Below, in pieces: positions 17,505 to 26,233 of a DNA stretch of 64,000 bases. The stretch comes from an uncultured Chloroflexia bacterium (GTDB lineage: Bacteria > Chloroflexota > Dehalococcoidia > DSTF01 > WHTK01), in the NCBI GenBank assembly GCA_963703905.1, contig CAVPFY010000007.1:14374-78373 (forward strand), read 5' to 3'. Each line of letters starts with the position of its first letter. Positions within the stretch are counted from its first letter, which is position 1. The notes under the pieces were generated by a model. The model worked only from the letters and a program-made list of their open reading frames with translations, was not told where the DNA came from and searched no databases. Position numbers and translations under genes: made by a program.

Positions 17505-19391
17505 ATGAAGGACAATCGTTACTGGGAAAAGTTCACCAATCAGCGCCTGAACCGCCGCAAGGCGCTCGCGGCGGCGGGCGGCATCGGGGCCGGGGCCGTC
17601 GCGCTCAGCCTCGCCGGTTGCGGCGGCGGTGGCAGCGACGACACGAAGGGCAACTCCTCCGGCCTGGTTTCGAACCCCGAGGACACGACCAGCAAGGCGA
17701 AAGCCGGTGGCGTTTTCAAGGACTTCGTTGGCGCGGACGTGCCCTCGCTGGACCCGATCGGCTCGGCGAACGTGCGCTCCCAGACCGACATCGGTTCCTA
17801 CACCTACCCGCGGATCATGAAGTACGTGAACGCGAAGTACCCGAAATTCGCAACCGGCGACGTCGAGGGCGACGCCGTCGAGACGTTCGAGATCGCGCCC
17901 GACGGCCTCCAGGTCACCATGAAGGTCCGCCAGGGCATGAAGTGGGACTCGCGCGCGCCGACGAGCGGACGCGCCCTGGATGCCCAGGACATCCTCTTCA
18001 GCTATGACAAGTTCACCAAGCTCAACGGCTACCGCTCGGAGTTTCAGTACAACGCCGAGACGTCACCACTGGCCCCGATCGAGACGATAACGTCGCCGGA
18101 CCCGCGCACGATCATCCTCAAGCTGCACGCGCCCCGCGCTTCGCTCCTGCCGATCTTCGCTTACAACCGCTATTTCTACGTGATGCCCCGCGAGTCCGAA
18201 GGCGGCTTCGACCCCCGCGGCGACGTGCGCGGCTACGGCCCCTGGCAGCTCGTCAGCAGCCAGCCTTCGACGGGCCGCACCTGGAAGCGCAACCCGGACT
18301 ACTACGTTAAGGGCCGCCCCTATCCGGAGACCCTGGAGCACCCCATCGTCAGCGAGTACGCCGCCCAGCTGGCGCAGTTCCGCGCCGGCAACATCTGGGC
18401 GGGAGTCGTCCGGCCTGAAGATGTAATCCAGACTAAGAAGGACCTACCCGAACTGGTGCTGCGCCAGGCGGAGGCCTACAGCGCCATCCCCTCGGCTCTG
18501 ATCTTCGGCTACGAGGGCGATTCGCCTTTCAAGGACCCGCGGGTGCGCCAGGCCGTCTCGATGTCAATCGACCGCGAGACCCAGGCCGACGTGCAGGGCA
18601 ACCGCGACAAATTCCGCGCCGAAGGCCTGGAGGTGCCGGCTCGCTTCCACACGGTCATTAGCGCCAACTGGGACGGCTACTGGCTGGACCCTACCGACAC
18701 CAAGAAGTTCGGCGCCAACGCCAAGTACTACACGCTGGACATCGCCGAGGCCAAGAAGCTGCTCTCGGCCGCGGGCTTCGCCAACGGCTTCGAGACGCCG
18801 CTGTTCTATAACGGCGGCAACCAGTACGGCACCGTCTACACCCAGACGGTCGATATTGTCGCCGGCTTCCTCAAGGAAATTGGCATCCGCGTCAAGAACA
18901 ACCCGCTGGAGTACAGCACGGATTACCTGCCGAACTACCACAACGGCGGCTACGCCCAGGCCCAGAACATCGGCCGGCGCCCGCCCGGGTACAACGGCAT
19001 CCTCCACAAGTCCGCCTCCAACAGGCCGACGGTGGACCAGAGCCTCTTCGGCCACATGCACAAGGACGGCAGCCAATTCGAAGGCGCCCTGCCCGAAGGC
19101 GGCACCGACGCCCGCCTGGGCGACCCCGAAAACAACTCCATGATCGAGAAGATCATGGCCGAGTTCGACCATGACAAGCAGATCGCCCTGGTGCAGGAAT
19201 TCCAGAAAATGATGGCGAAGAAGGTCTACCGTATCCCGGACGGCTCCTACAGCGCCCTGGGCTTCAGCCTCTCCTGGCCCGTCATCGGCAACTACGGCCT
19301 CTACCGCACCTGGCAGGGCGGCGTCCCGCCCGTCGAAACGTCGCTGCACTGGTGGGTCAATGACACAATGGCCCCGCTGAAGAAGGCGTAG
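17505..19391 (+). CDS. Family-5 ABC substrate-binding lipoprotein (Tat signal)
   Basis: Intact 628-aa ORF with the RBS AAGGAG. The leader is MKDNRYWEKFTNQRLNRRKALAAAGG...LSLAGCGGGG. Confidence 0.85.
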   Translation: MKDNRYWEKFTNQRLNRRKALAAAGGIGAGAVALSLAGCGGGGSDDTKGNSSGLVSNPEDTTSKAKAGGVFKDFVGADVPSLDPIGSANVRSQTDIGSYTYPRIMKYVNAKYPKFATGDVEGDAVETFEIAPDGLQVTMKVRQGMKWDSRAPTSGRALDAQDILFSYDKFTKLNGYRSEFQYNAETSPLAPIETITSPDPRTIILKLHAPRASLLPIFAYNRYFYVMPRESEGGFDPRGDVRGYGPWQLVSSQPSTGRTWKRNPDYYVKGRPYPETLEHPIVSEYAAQLAQFRAGNIWAGVVRPEDVIQTKKDLPELVLRQAEAYSAIPSALIFGYEGDSPFKDPRVRQAVSMSIDRETQADVQGNRDKFRAEGLEVPARFHTVISANWDGYWLDPTDTKKFGANAKYYTLDIAEAKKLLSAAGFANGFETPLFYNGGNQYGTVYTQTVDIVAGFLKEIGIRVKNNPLEYSTDYLPNYHNGGYAQAQNIGRRPPGYNGILHKSASNRPTVDQSLFGHMHKDGSQFEGALPEGGTDARLGDPENNSMIEKIMAEFDHDKQIALVQEFQKMMAKKVYRIPDGSYSALGFSLSWPVIGNYGLYRTWQGGVPPVETSLHWWVNDTMAPLKKA

Positions 19392-19430
19392 GCCCGGACT
19401 GACGACAGAAGCAACGGCAGATATTACTTT

Positions 19431-19458
19431 GGGGGCGTCATTCGCCGGAAGGGCGCCC
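19431..19458 (+). terminator. Intercistronic hairpin after the SBP gene
   Basis: GGGGCGTC (19431-19438) pairs with GGCGCCCC (19451-19458), 8 bp including one G-U pair. It starts with the same GGGGCGTC word as the hairpin at 14160 and lies between the SBP and CoA-transferase genes. Confidence 0.3.
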
Positions 19459-19493
19459 CTTCCAAGGCTCCGGCACACTTCCGGATCTACCTC

Positions 19494-21941
19494 ATGAGCA
19501 CGGCCGGCGGACCGCTGGCGGGTTTTCGCGTCCTCGACTTCACCGACGAGCTCGGCGTTTACGCGACGAAGGTCCTTGCGGACCTCGGCGCCGACGTCGT
19601 CCGCCTCGAGCCGCCTCGGGGCGACCCAATGCGGTCGTACCCGCCCTTCGCGCCGGACGGCAAGACCAGCCTCTATTACGGTCACTTCAACCTCGGCAAA
19701 CGGGCTCTGGCGCTCGACTGGACGGCCGCCACCGGGCTCGACGCGCTGGCTGCCCTGGTCCGAAGCAGCAACGCCCTTATCGAGTCGGCGGCGCCGGACC
19801 GCCTGCTCAGCGCCGCCATCGGCATCGAGCGCCTGCGCGAGTGGCGGCCCGACCTGGCCCTGGTCTCGATCACGCCCTTCGGCCGGACCGGCCCCTACCG
19901 CGATTACAGAGGCGGCGACCTGGTGCTGTCGGCCCAGAGCGGGCTCGCCTTCCTCCGCGCCGACCCGGCCTCCCCGCCGATGCGGCCGGGCGGCGAGCAG
20001 ACCACACATATGGCATCACAGCTGGCCGTGAACGCCGCCCTGATGGGCATTTACGAGCAGCAGACCAGCGGCCGCGGCAGCTACGTCGAGGTTGCCGCCA
20101 ACTTCGCGACTTGCCTGGCGACGCTGCAGAGCGGCAACGCCAACTACTGCACCTGGTTCGGCGAAGCGCCAATCCGCCGCAGCAGCGTTTACCAGGTCTG
20201 GGAGGTCGCCGACGGCTGGACGACGTATACGAACTCGCCGCGGGGTTTCGCCAACCTCCTGGGCCTGCTGCAGGAGCACGGCGCCGAAGACGACCTCGCC
20301 GCGCCTGAATACGCTGACCTCGAGTACCGCCAGGCGCGCGCCGAGCACGTGAACGAGGTCGTCGCGCGCTTCTTCAAGACGCAGGGCAAGCAGCAGCTTT
20401 TCGAGAAGGCGCAACGGCGAGGCCTGCGCTACATGCCCGTGAACAGCGTCGCTGATATCGCCCGCGACCCCTTTCTCGTGAACCGCGGCTTCTTCCGCGA
20501 GGTCGACTGGCCGGCGCTCGGCGGCAGGGTCACCTTTCCCGGCGCGCCCTTCCGCTTCGGCGGCCGAGACCTCTGTCACACCACGCCGCCTCCAGGGCCC
20601 GGCGAGCACACGGCGGAGGTCCTCGAGTCACTTCGCGAGAAGCCGGCCGGTCCCATTTCGGCTGTAGGCGCCCCTCACGAGCGGCGCGCCGTGCCCACGG
20701 CAGGTCTCTCCAGCGAGCCGGCAAACGCACCCTGGCTGCCCCTCAAGGGCATCCGCGTCCTCGACTTCTCCTGGCTCATCGCCGGCCCCCTCGGCACGCG
20801 CCTGCTGGCGAACTTCGGCGCCGAAGTCCTGAAGGTCGAGTCTTACAACCGCGTCGATGGCATCCGCCTCACCGGCCCGCATCCGAAGACGGATGGCCCC
20901 GTCAACGTCAACGCCGACGGCTCCTTCAACGACGTGAACCTGGGCAAGAAGAGCCTCCTCCTGAACCTCAACGTCCCCGAGGCGCGCGAGATCGCGCTGC
21001 GCCTCTGCGCCGTCTCCGACATCGTCGCGGCGAACTTCACGGCCGACAGGCTGGACCGCTGGGGCCTGGGTTTCGACGACCTGCGCCGGGTCAAGAAGGA
21101 CCTCGTCTTCCTCTCCATGCCGGTGTTCGCGAAGGGCGAGCGCGTGGACTGGGGCGGCGTCGGCAGCGACATTTCCGCGCTCTCGGGCATCAACGCCATC
21201 TCGGGCGTCGAAGGCACGCCGCCGATCGGGCTCGGCCTGCACTACCCCGACTTCAGCTCCAACCCCTTCCACGCCCAGGCCGCGATCCTGGCGGCGCTGA
21301 TCAACCGCGAGCGCTTCGGCGAAGCGCAGCTGATCGAGGTCAGCCAGTACGAGTCGACCGTATCGATCCTGGGGCCGGCGTTGTTGAACTACTTCGTCAA
21401 CGGCACGGAGCCACCGCGCCTCGGCAACCGCTCTCAGCGCCATGGCCCCCACAACATCTATCGCTGCGGCGGCGCCGACAAATGGTGCGCGATCTCCGTC
21501 TCCATGGAGGACGAATGGCAAGCTCTATGCCGGGCGCTGAATCGGCCCCAGTGGATCTCGGACGCTCGCTTCGCGGACTTCGCCGCCCGTAAACGCAACG
21601 AGGACGCCCTGGACGCCCTCATCGGCGAGGCCGTTGCCGGCGAGGCGCCATCGGCCCTGGCCGCGCGCCTCCAGGGCGCCGGCGTCGCCGCCGCGCCGGT
21701 CAACAACGTCGCCAACCTGCTCGCCGACCCCTGGTACCGCGACGAATACTTCACGGTCATGGACGGCCCCGACGGCTACGAGTTCACCGCGCATGGCGAA
21801 CCGCTGCGGCCTTTCGGGCGCAAGCATCCCGTGCGCCGGGCGCCGTTCATGGGCGAGCACACCGAAGAGGTCCTGCGCGGCATCCTGGGCCTGGACGACG
21901 GGGAGATGGACGCGCTCTACGTTTGCGGCGCGCTGGGCTGA
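19494..21941 (+). CDS. Two-unit (tandem-fused) family III CoA-transferase
   Basis: Uninterrupted 815-aa ORF. Unit 1 starts LAGFRVLDFTDELGVYATKVLADLGADVVRLEPPRGD. Unit 2 starts LKGIRVLDFSWLIAGPLGTRLLANFGAEVLKVES and ends ...FMGEHTEEVLRGILGLDDGEMDALYVCGALG. Confidence 0.8.
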   Translation: MSTAGGPLAGFRVLDFTDELGVYATKVLADLGADVVRLEPPRGDPMRSYPPFAPDGKTSLYYGHFNLGKRALALDWTAATGLDALAALVRSSNALIESAAPDRLLSAAIGIERLREWRPDLALVSITPFGRTGPYRDYRGGDLVLSAQSGLAFLRADPASPPMRPGGEQTTHMASQLAVNAALMGIYEQQTSGRGSYVEVAANFATCLATLQSGNANYCTWFGEAPIRRSSVYQVWEVADGWTTYTNSPRGFANLLGLLQEHGAEDDLAAPEYADLEYRQARAEHVNEVVARFFKTQGKQQLFEKAQRRGLRYMPVNSVADIARDPFLVNRGFFREVDWPALGGRVTFPGAPFRFGGRDLCHTTPPPGPGEHTAEVLESLREKPAGPISAVGAPHERRAVPTAGLSSEPANAPWLPLKGIRVLDFSWLIAGPLGTRLLANFGAEVLKVESYNRVDGIRLTGPHPKTDGPVNVNADGSFNDVNLGKKSLLLNLNVPEAREIALRLCAVSDIVAANFTADRLDRWGLGFDDLRRVKKDLVFLSMPVFAKGERVDWGGVGSDISALSGINAISGVEGTPPIGLGLHYPDFSSNPFHAQAAILAALINRERFGEAQLIEVSQYESTVSILGPALLNYFVNGTEPPRLGNRSQRHGPHNIYRCGGADKWCAISVSMEDEWQALCRALNRPQWISDARFADFAARKRNEDALDALIGEAVAGEAPSALAARLQGAGVAAAPVNNVANLLADPWYRDEYFTVMDGPDGYEFTAHGEPLRPFGRKHPVRRAPFMGEHTEEVLRGILGLDDGEMDALYVCGALG

Positions 21942-22019
21942 GGCCGGACGCAGCGGCGTCGCCTTGACTCGATTTCGGGGCCTCCCTATTCTCGCTGGGA
22001 CTCCGGCCGGCCCTTTACC

Positions 22020-22990
22020 GTGGGCGCGTCCCCCAAATACCTGGAGGCATGGTTGTACAAAGACCGGCGGATCACTGTCGTTGTCCCCGCCTACAACGAA
22101 GAGCGCTTCATCCTTTCCGTCGTCGCAGACCATGCCCGATTTCGTCGACCAGATCGTCGTCGTCGACGACTGCAGCCAGGACGACACCTACCAGACCGTC
22201 TCCAACGCGCACGACCCCCGCACCGCCGTCCTGACGACGTCTCGCAACCAGGGCGTCGGCGGCTCCACGATGCTCGGCTACCGCCAGGCGCTGGCCGGCG
22301 AGAGCGACATCGTCGTCAAGATGGACGGCGACGGCCAGATGGCGCCGGAGTACCTGACGGCGCTCCTCGACACGCTGATCGACGCCGACTACGACTACGC
22401 CAAGGGCAACCGCTTCCTGGTGCCGGAGTTCCTGCCTGTGATGCCCAAGCTGCGCCTCTTCGGCAACATCGCCCTGACCTTCCTGACGAAGCTGGCGACC
22501 GGCTACTGGAGCATCTTCGACCCCCAGAACGGCTACACCGCGATCAAGGCCGACATGCTCCGCCGCCTGAACCTGGACAACGTGCACCACGCGCTTCTTC
22601 TTCGAGAACGACATGCTCCTGCAGCTCAGCCTGCACGACGCCCGCGTCAAGGACGTGCCCATCCCCGCGCGCTACGGCGGCGAGATCAGCAGCCTCAATC
22701 CGCTGCAGATCTTGATCAGCTTTCCGCTACTGCTCTTCCATCGCTTCTGGCGCCGGGTCTGGCACAACTACGTCGTGCGCGACTTCAGCCCCATCGCCCT
22801 GTTCCTGATCCTCGGCGTGGCCCTGATGCTCCTCGGGGCGGCCTTCGGCGTCTACTCCTGGGCCAGGAGCTCCGAGACCGGCGAGTTCACTTCCGCCGGC
22901 ACGGTCATGCTCAGCGTCCTGCCCCTCGTCCTCGGCTTCCAGCTGTTATTGCAGGCCATCGTGCTCGATATACAGCACTCGCCGAAGTAG
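22020..22990 (+). pseudogene. GT2-family glycosyltransferase (dolichyl-/polyprenyl-phosphate sugar transferase-like), two frame disruptions
   Basis: RITVVVPAYNEE is in the frame of ORF 22020 (the probable start is TTG 22053, after GGAGG). The middle part, DQIVVVDDCSQDDT...VVKMDGDGQMAPEYL...YAKGNRF, is in the frame of ORF 21634..23007. The C-terminal TM part, DVPIPARYGGEISSLN...LLLQAIVLDIQH, is in ORF 22613..22990. Shifts lie near 22125 and 22595. Confidence 0.7.
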
Positions 22991-23003
22991 GCGTGGCATC
23001 AAC

Positions 23004-23042
23004 GTAGGCCGGGCCTTCCAGGACGGGCCGGCTTTAGCGCAG
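23004..23042. repeat. GTAGGCCGGGCCTTCCAG... REP-family unit
   Basis: GTAGGCCGGGCCTTCCAGGACGGGCCGGCTTTAGCGCAG lies between the convergent GT2 and DUF2142 genes. Confidence 0.7.
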
Positions 23043-23067
23043 TAAGGTCAAGGCCCTGGGCCCTCGC

Positions 23068-24573
23068 TCAGTAATACCGCCCCTCGATCGCCTTCACCAT
23101 GCTCGCCAGCAGGAACAGGCCCAGCAGCAGCACCAGCGCCTTGAGGAAGTTCGCCTTCCCTACCGTCGCCGCCGTCTGCGAGACGCCGAGCATCGCGAAC
23201 GGCAGCAGCCCCAGGAAGTAACGGCCCTGCAGGCCGCCGACCACCCCTGAACCCACCGGCGACCAGACAGCGTAGAGCGACAGGAACAGGCAGCCGACCG
23301 TCGTGGCCATTGCTGCCCAGAGGAAGAGAAGCTGCGCCGGTTTCACTCTGAGCGAGTCCTTCTCGGCGATGTAGTACCAGAGCACCCCGGCGGCGACGAT
23401 GACGGCGTAGTAGGGCAGGAAGTTGAAGCCGTAGTCGATCCAGCCGAAGACGCCCACGCCCTCGCGCAGCAGGAGGTCGCCGGCGATGGTCAGCGTCCGG
23501 TAGCTCGCCGCGACGAAGTGCCAGGGGTGCTCGAGCGCGAACCGCACCTGGCGCGAGGCGTCGATCCCGAAGGCGTCCGGCGTCAACAGATGCGACTCCG
23601 TCAGGTAAGTGACGCCCATGATCGCCGTCGTGAGCGCGGCCAGCCCCAGGAAGGCGCCGCTGACCTTCAGGTACTCGGGCATCGTGCCGGCCACTCTGCG
23701 CCAGGGCACGACGAAGAACAGCAGGATCAGGCCGTAATACGCGAACGAGCGCACGTTGATCACCCACCAGATCAGGAACATGAACACGATCAGGTCGCGC
23801 GGGCGGATGCGGCCTTCCTCCTCCAGGAAGCGCGTCAGGTAGGCGAAGACCAGCGGGAACAGCGACAGGTGCACCGCGTCGTAGCTGATCGCCCCCACCT
23901 GGTGCAGGACCATCGGGATCGCGGCGTAGAAGTAGACGATTAGCTTGTAGCGCTCGGCGACCACCCGCAAGGCCAGGACGATCGCCGCCACGAAGAACAG
24001 CGCCCCGGCGGCGCGGCCCAGGTAGAAGCTGATCAGCGGGTTCTGGAAGGGTTTGCCCGCCAGTATGCCCAGCGAGTTGGGCAGATAGCCCGGTGGCGGC
24101 AGGTTGCAAATCTCCGGGACGGGCACTTCCTGCCTGAAGCGCGGGTCGGCGAAGTCCTCCTTTAGCCAGGCCGTATTGAACTTCGACTTGTAGTTGAATG
24201 CGACCTCCCAGACGTGAAGCATGAACGGCGTGTCCGAGTACTTGCGCTTCATGTCGAAGGCGTAGACGCCTTCGGCGTTCTTGGCGCAGACGAAGTTGAG
24301 GTTGGTGAGCGACACGGCGCGGAACCAGTGCGCCGGCTCGTCCGACTTCTGGAACGGCGGCACCATGAAGGTAAAGATCAGCAGCGCCGCCCCCACGTAA
24401 GCCCAGAACAACGCCTGGTACGAAAGCAGGGCCGAAATCGCGAAGCCGCGCGGCCTCAGGCGCTCGCCCAGGCTCTGCAGCGCGCCGGGCCTGAACACGG
24501 CCGCGGGGCCGGCGCCGCCCTGCTTTTCGGGCTCATCCATGGAGACAGTTTGCTTCTTCAGCTTGGACTGCAT
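23068..24573 (-). CDS. DUF2142-like polytopic membrane protein (putative GT-C-like glycosyltransferase)
   Basis: Intact 501-aa ORF with many TM helices and an early periplasmic-loop motif, PPFQKSDEPAHWFRA, as I recall for DUF2142. Confidence 0.5.
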   Translation of the reverse strand: MQSKLKKQTVSMDEPEKQGGAGPAAVFRPGALQSLGERLRPRGFAISALLSYQALFWAYVGAALLIFTFMVPPFQKSDEPAHWFRAVSLTNLNFVCAKNAEGVYAFDMKRKYSDTPFMLHVWEVAFNYKSKFNTAWLKEDFADPRFRQEVPVPEICNLPPPGYLPNSLGILAGKPFQNPLISFYLGRAAGALFFVAAIVLALRVVAERYKLIVYFYAAIPMVLHQVGAISYDAVHLSLFPLVFAYLTRFLEEEGRIRPRDLIVFMFLIWWVINVRSFAYYGLILLFFVVPWRRVAGTMPEYLKVSGAFLGLAALTTAIMGVTYLTESHLLTPDAFGIDASRQVRFALEHPWHFVAASYRTLTIAGDLLLREGVGVFGWIDYGFNFLPYYAVIVAAGVLWYYIAEKDSLRVKPAQLLFLWAAMATTVGCLFLSLYAVWSPVGSGVVGGLQGRYFLGLLPFAMLGVSQTAATVGKANFLKALVLLLGLFLLASMVKAIEGRYY

Positions 24574-24606
24574 CCTACGAAACAGGGCCGCGAGGCGCCA
24601 CCAAAC

Positions 24607-25626
24607 CTAGCCTCGTGCCTGTCCTTCACCCCCAGGATTGGGGGCCGGGGGCCCCGGCTTCGTTGCCGGGCGCTCGGGCTGGTCACGCGCCTCAAGCCGC
24701 TGGAGGTACACGTAGCAGGCGAAGGCCATAAGCACCAGCGGCAGGGTCACGGCTGCCCGTACTAAAAGCGCGACAACCGTCCCCTGGCCCAGGGTCATGC
24801 CGAAGCGGTGCAGCATGGCCGCCAGCGATCCGTCCAGGACACCCAGCCCCAGCGGGATCAGGGAAGCGACCCCCAGCCAGCGTCGAGACGCCCAGCGCCA
24901 GCCAGGCCTCCGGCAGGCTTATCCCCGGCGCCACGGCGCGCGCCAGGAGCCAGTATTGGACCGCGATCACTGAGAACACCGCTACGGACACGAGGGAGGA
25001 TTGCAGCAGCAGGCGAACGTCGCTGAGCAGCAGTCGGAGCTGGCCCGCGAGCCCGAGGACATAGACGGACGCGCGCGGCCATCGCGCTTCCGCCCGCTGC
25101 CGGCCGTTCCGTCTGAGAGCAGGCGCCGCAGCGCGCGGGCCGCGACCCAGGGCGCCAGCGCCAGCAGCAGGCAGGCGGCCAACAGCGGCAGGGCCAGGCC
25201 CAGCGCCAGGCTGCGCAGGCCGAACAGGACTATCGTGCCCAGCGCCAGCACGTACACCGAGAGCACGCGCTCGTACGCCACCACCAGCATCGTCTCTTCG
25301 AACGCCACGCCGGCGCGGGAGCGCAGCGCTCCCGCGCGCAGCAGTTCGCCCGTTGCTGCGGGCGTCAGGCCGCCGGCCACGAAGCCGAGCACCGTCGTCG
25401 GCAGCAGCACTTCGGCCGGCACGGAGCGGCCGAGGCCGCGGAAGACCAGGAACGAGCGCAGGGAGGCCAGCAGGGCCACCGGCAGGTTCAGCGCGACCGC
25501 CGCGAGGACGAGCTTGAAGTCGGTCTGACCCAGGGCATCCCAGATCCGGCCCGGATGCGACCGGACGATCAGGAAGGCCACGACCGCCACCGCGATGGCC
25601 AGGTTCAGGAGCCGAAGCCTGGTCAT
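24607..25626 (-). pseudogene. Flippase-like / lysyl-PG-synthase TM-region family (UPF0104) membrane protein, frame-disrupted
   Basis: ATG 25626 (MTRLRLLNLAIAVAVVAFLIV...GGLTPAATGELLRAGAL...) overlaps the upstream stop (ATGA). The hydrophobic reading continues in two further frames (ORFs 24692..26233 and 24607..24816). Confidence 0.45.
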
Positions 25627-26233
25627 GCGTCGCGGACGGCGATGACGCGATATATGTGCGGGAAGACGCGCGCCAGCACCTTCCCCAGCGCGCGTTCGAC
25701 ACCGTTTCGGCCCGGCCGTATAGGCGTCGATGCGGTCGAGCCGCAGGCCGCCGTCGGCGATCAGCCTCGTGAGCCCCAGGCGGCTGAAGGGGCGCACGTG
25801 CGTGTAGTCGTCCCAGAAGTTGCCGACTGGGTAGAGCTGCGAGTACGGCGTCGGCGTGTGCGCCAGCAGTATCCCCCCGGGACGCAGCAGGCGCCGCGCC
25901 TCCCGCACCAGCGCCAGCGGGTCTTCCACGTGCTCGATGACCTCTTTCATGCGCACGACGTCGAAGCACCCGTCCGCGAACGGCGCCTGGGCGCCGCTGC
26001 CGAGCGCGCCGGGCACACGATCGGCGGCCCCAGACCGCGATCGCGCCTGCCTCCACGTCCAGAGCCACAGCCTCGAAGCCCGCGGCAAGCGCCGCCTTCA
26101 CGAAGCTGCCGCGGCCGGCCCCAACGTCGAGGACGCGCGCTCCCGGCGCCACGCGGGCGCCGATCAGGCGCAGGTCTTCGGCAATGAGCTCCGGGTGCTC
26201 GCGCAGGTGTGTCAGGGGGCCTTCGGACGTCAC
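25623..26233 (-). pseudogene. Class I SAM-dependent methyltransferase, frame-disrupted
   Basis: GTG 26233 overlaps the upstream stop (GTGA). Motif I, RVLDVGAGRGSF, is in one frame. FDVVRMKEVIEHVEDP...LLRPGGILL is in a second frame. The tail GVERALGKVLARVFPHIYRVIAVRDA-stop is in a third. Confidence 0.6.

Noticed and set aside
21634-23007. 457-aa ORF starting inside the CoA-transferase gene
   Set aside because: The first ~160 aa are an alternative frame of the 19494..21941 3' end and of intergenic DNA. Only the middle part (DQIVVVDDCSQDD...YAKGNRF) is genuine GT2 sequence, belonging to the disrupted gene 22020..22990.
24692-26233. 513-aa ORF as a single protein
   Set aside because: Only its first ~70 aa (methyltransferase motif I) and a stretch near its C-terminus (TM helices) read as real protein. 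The rest is out-of-frame read-through across two frame-disrupted genes.
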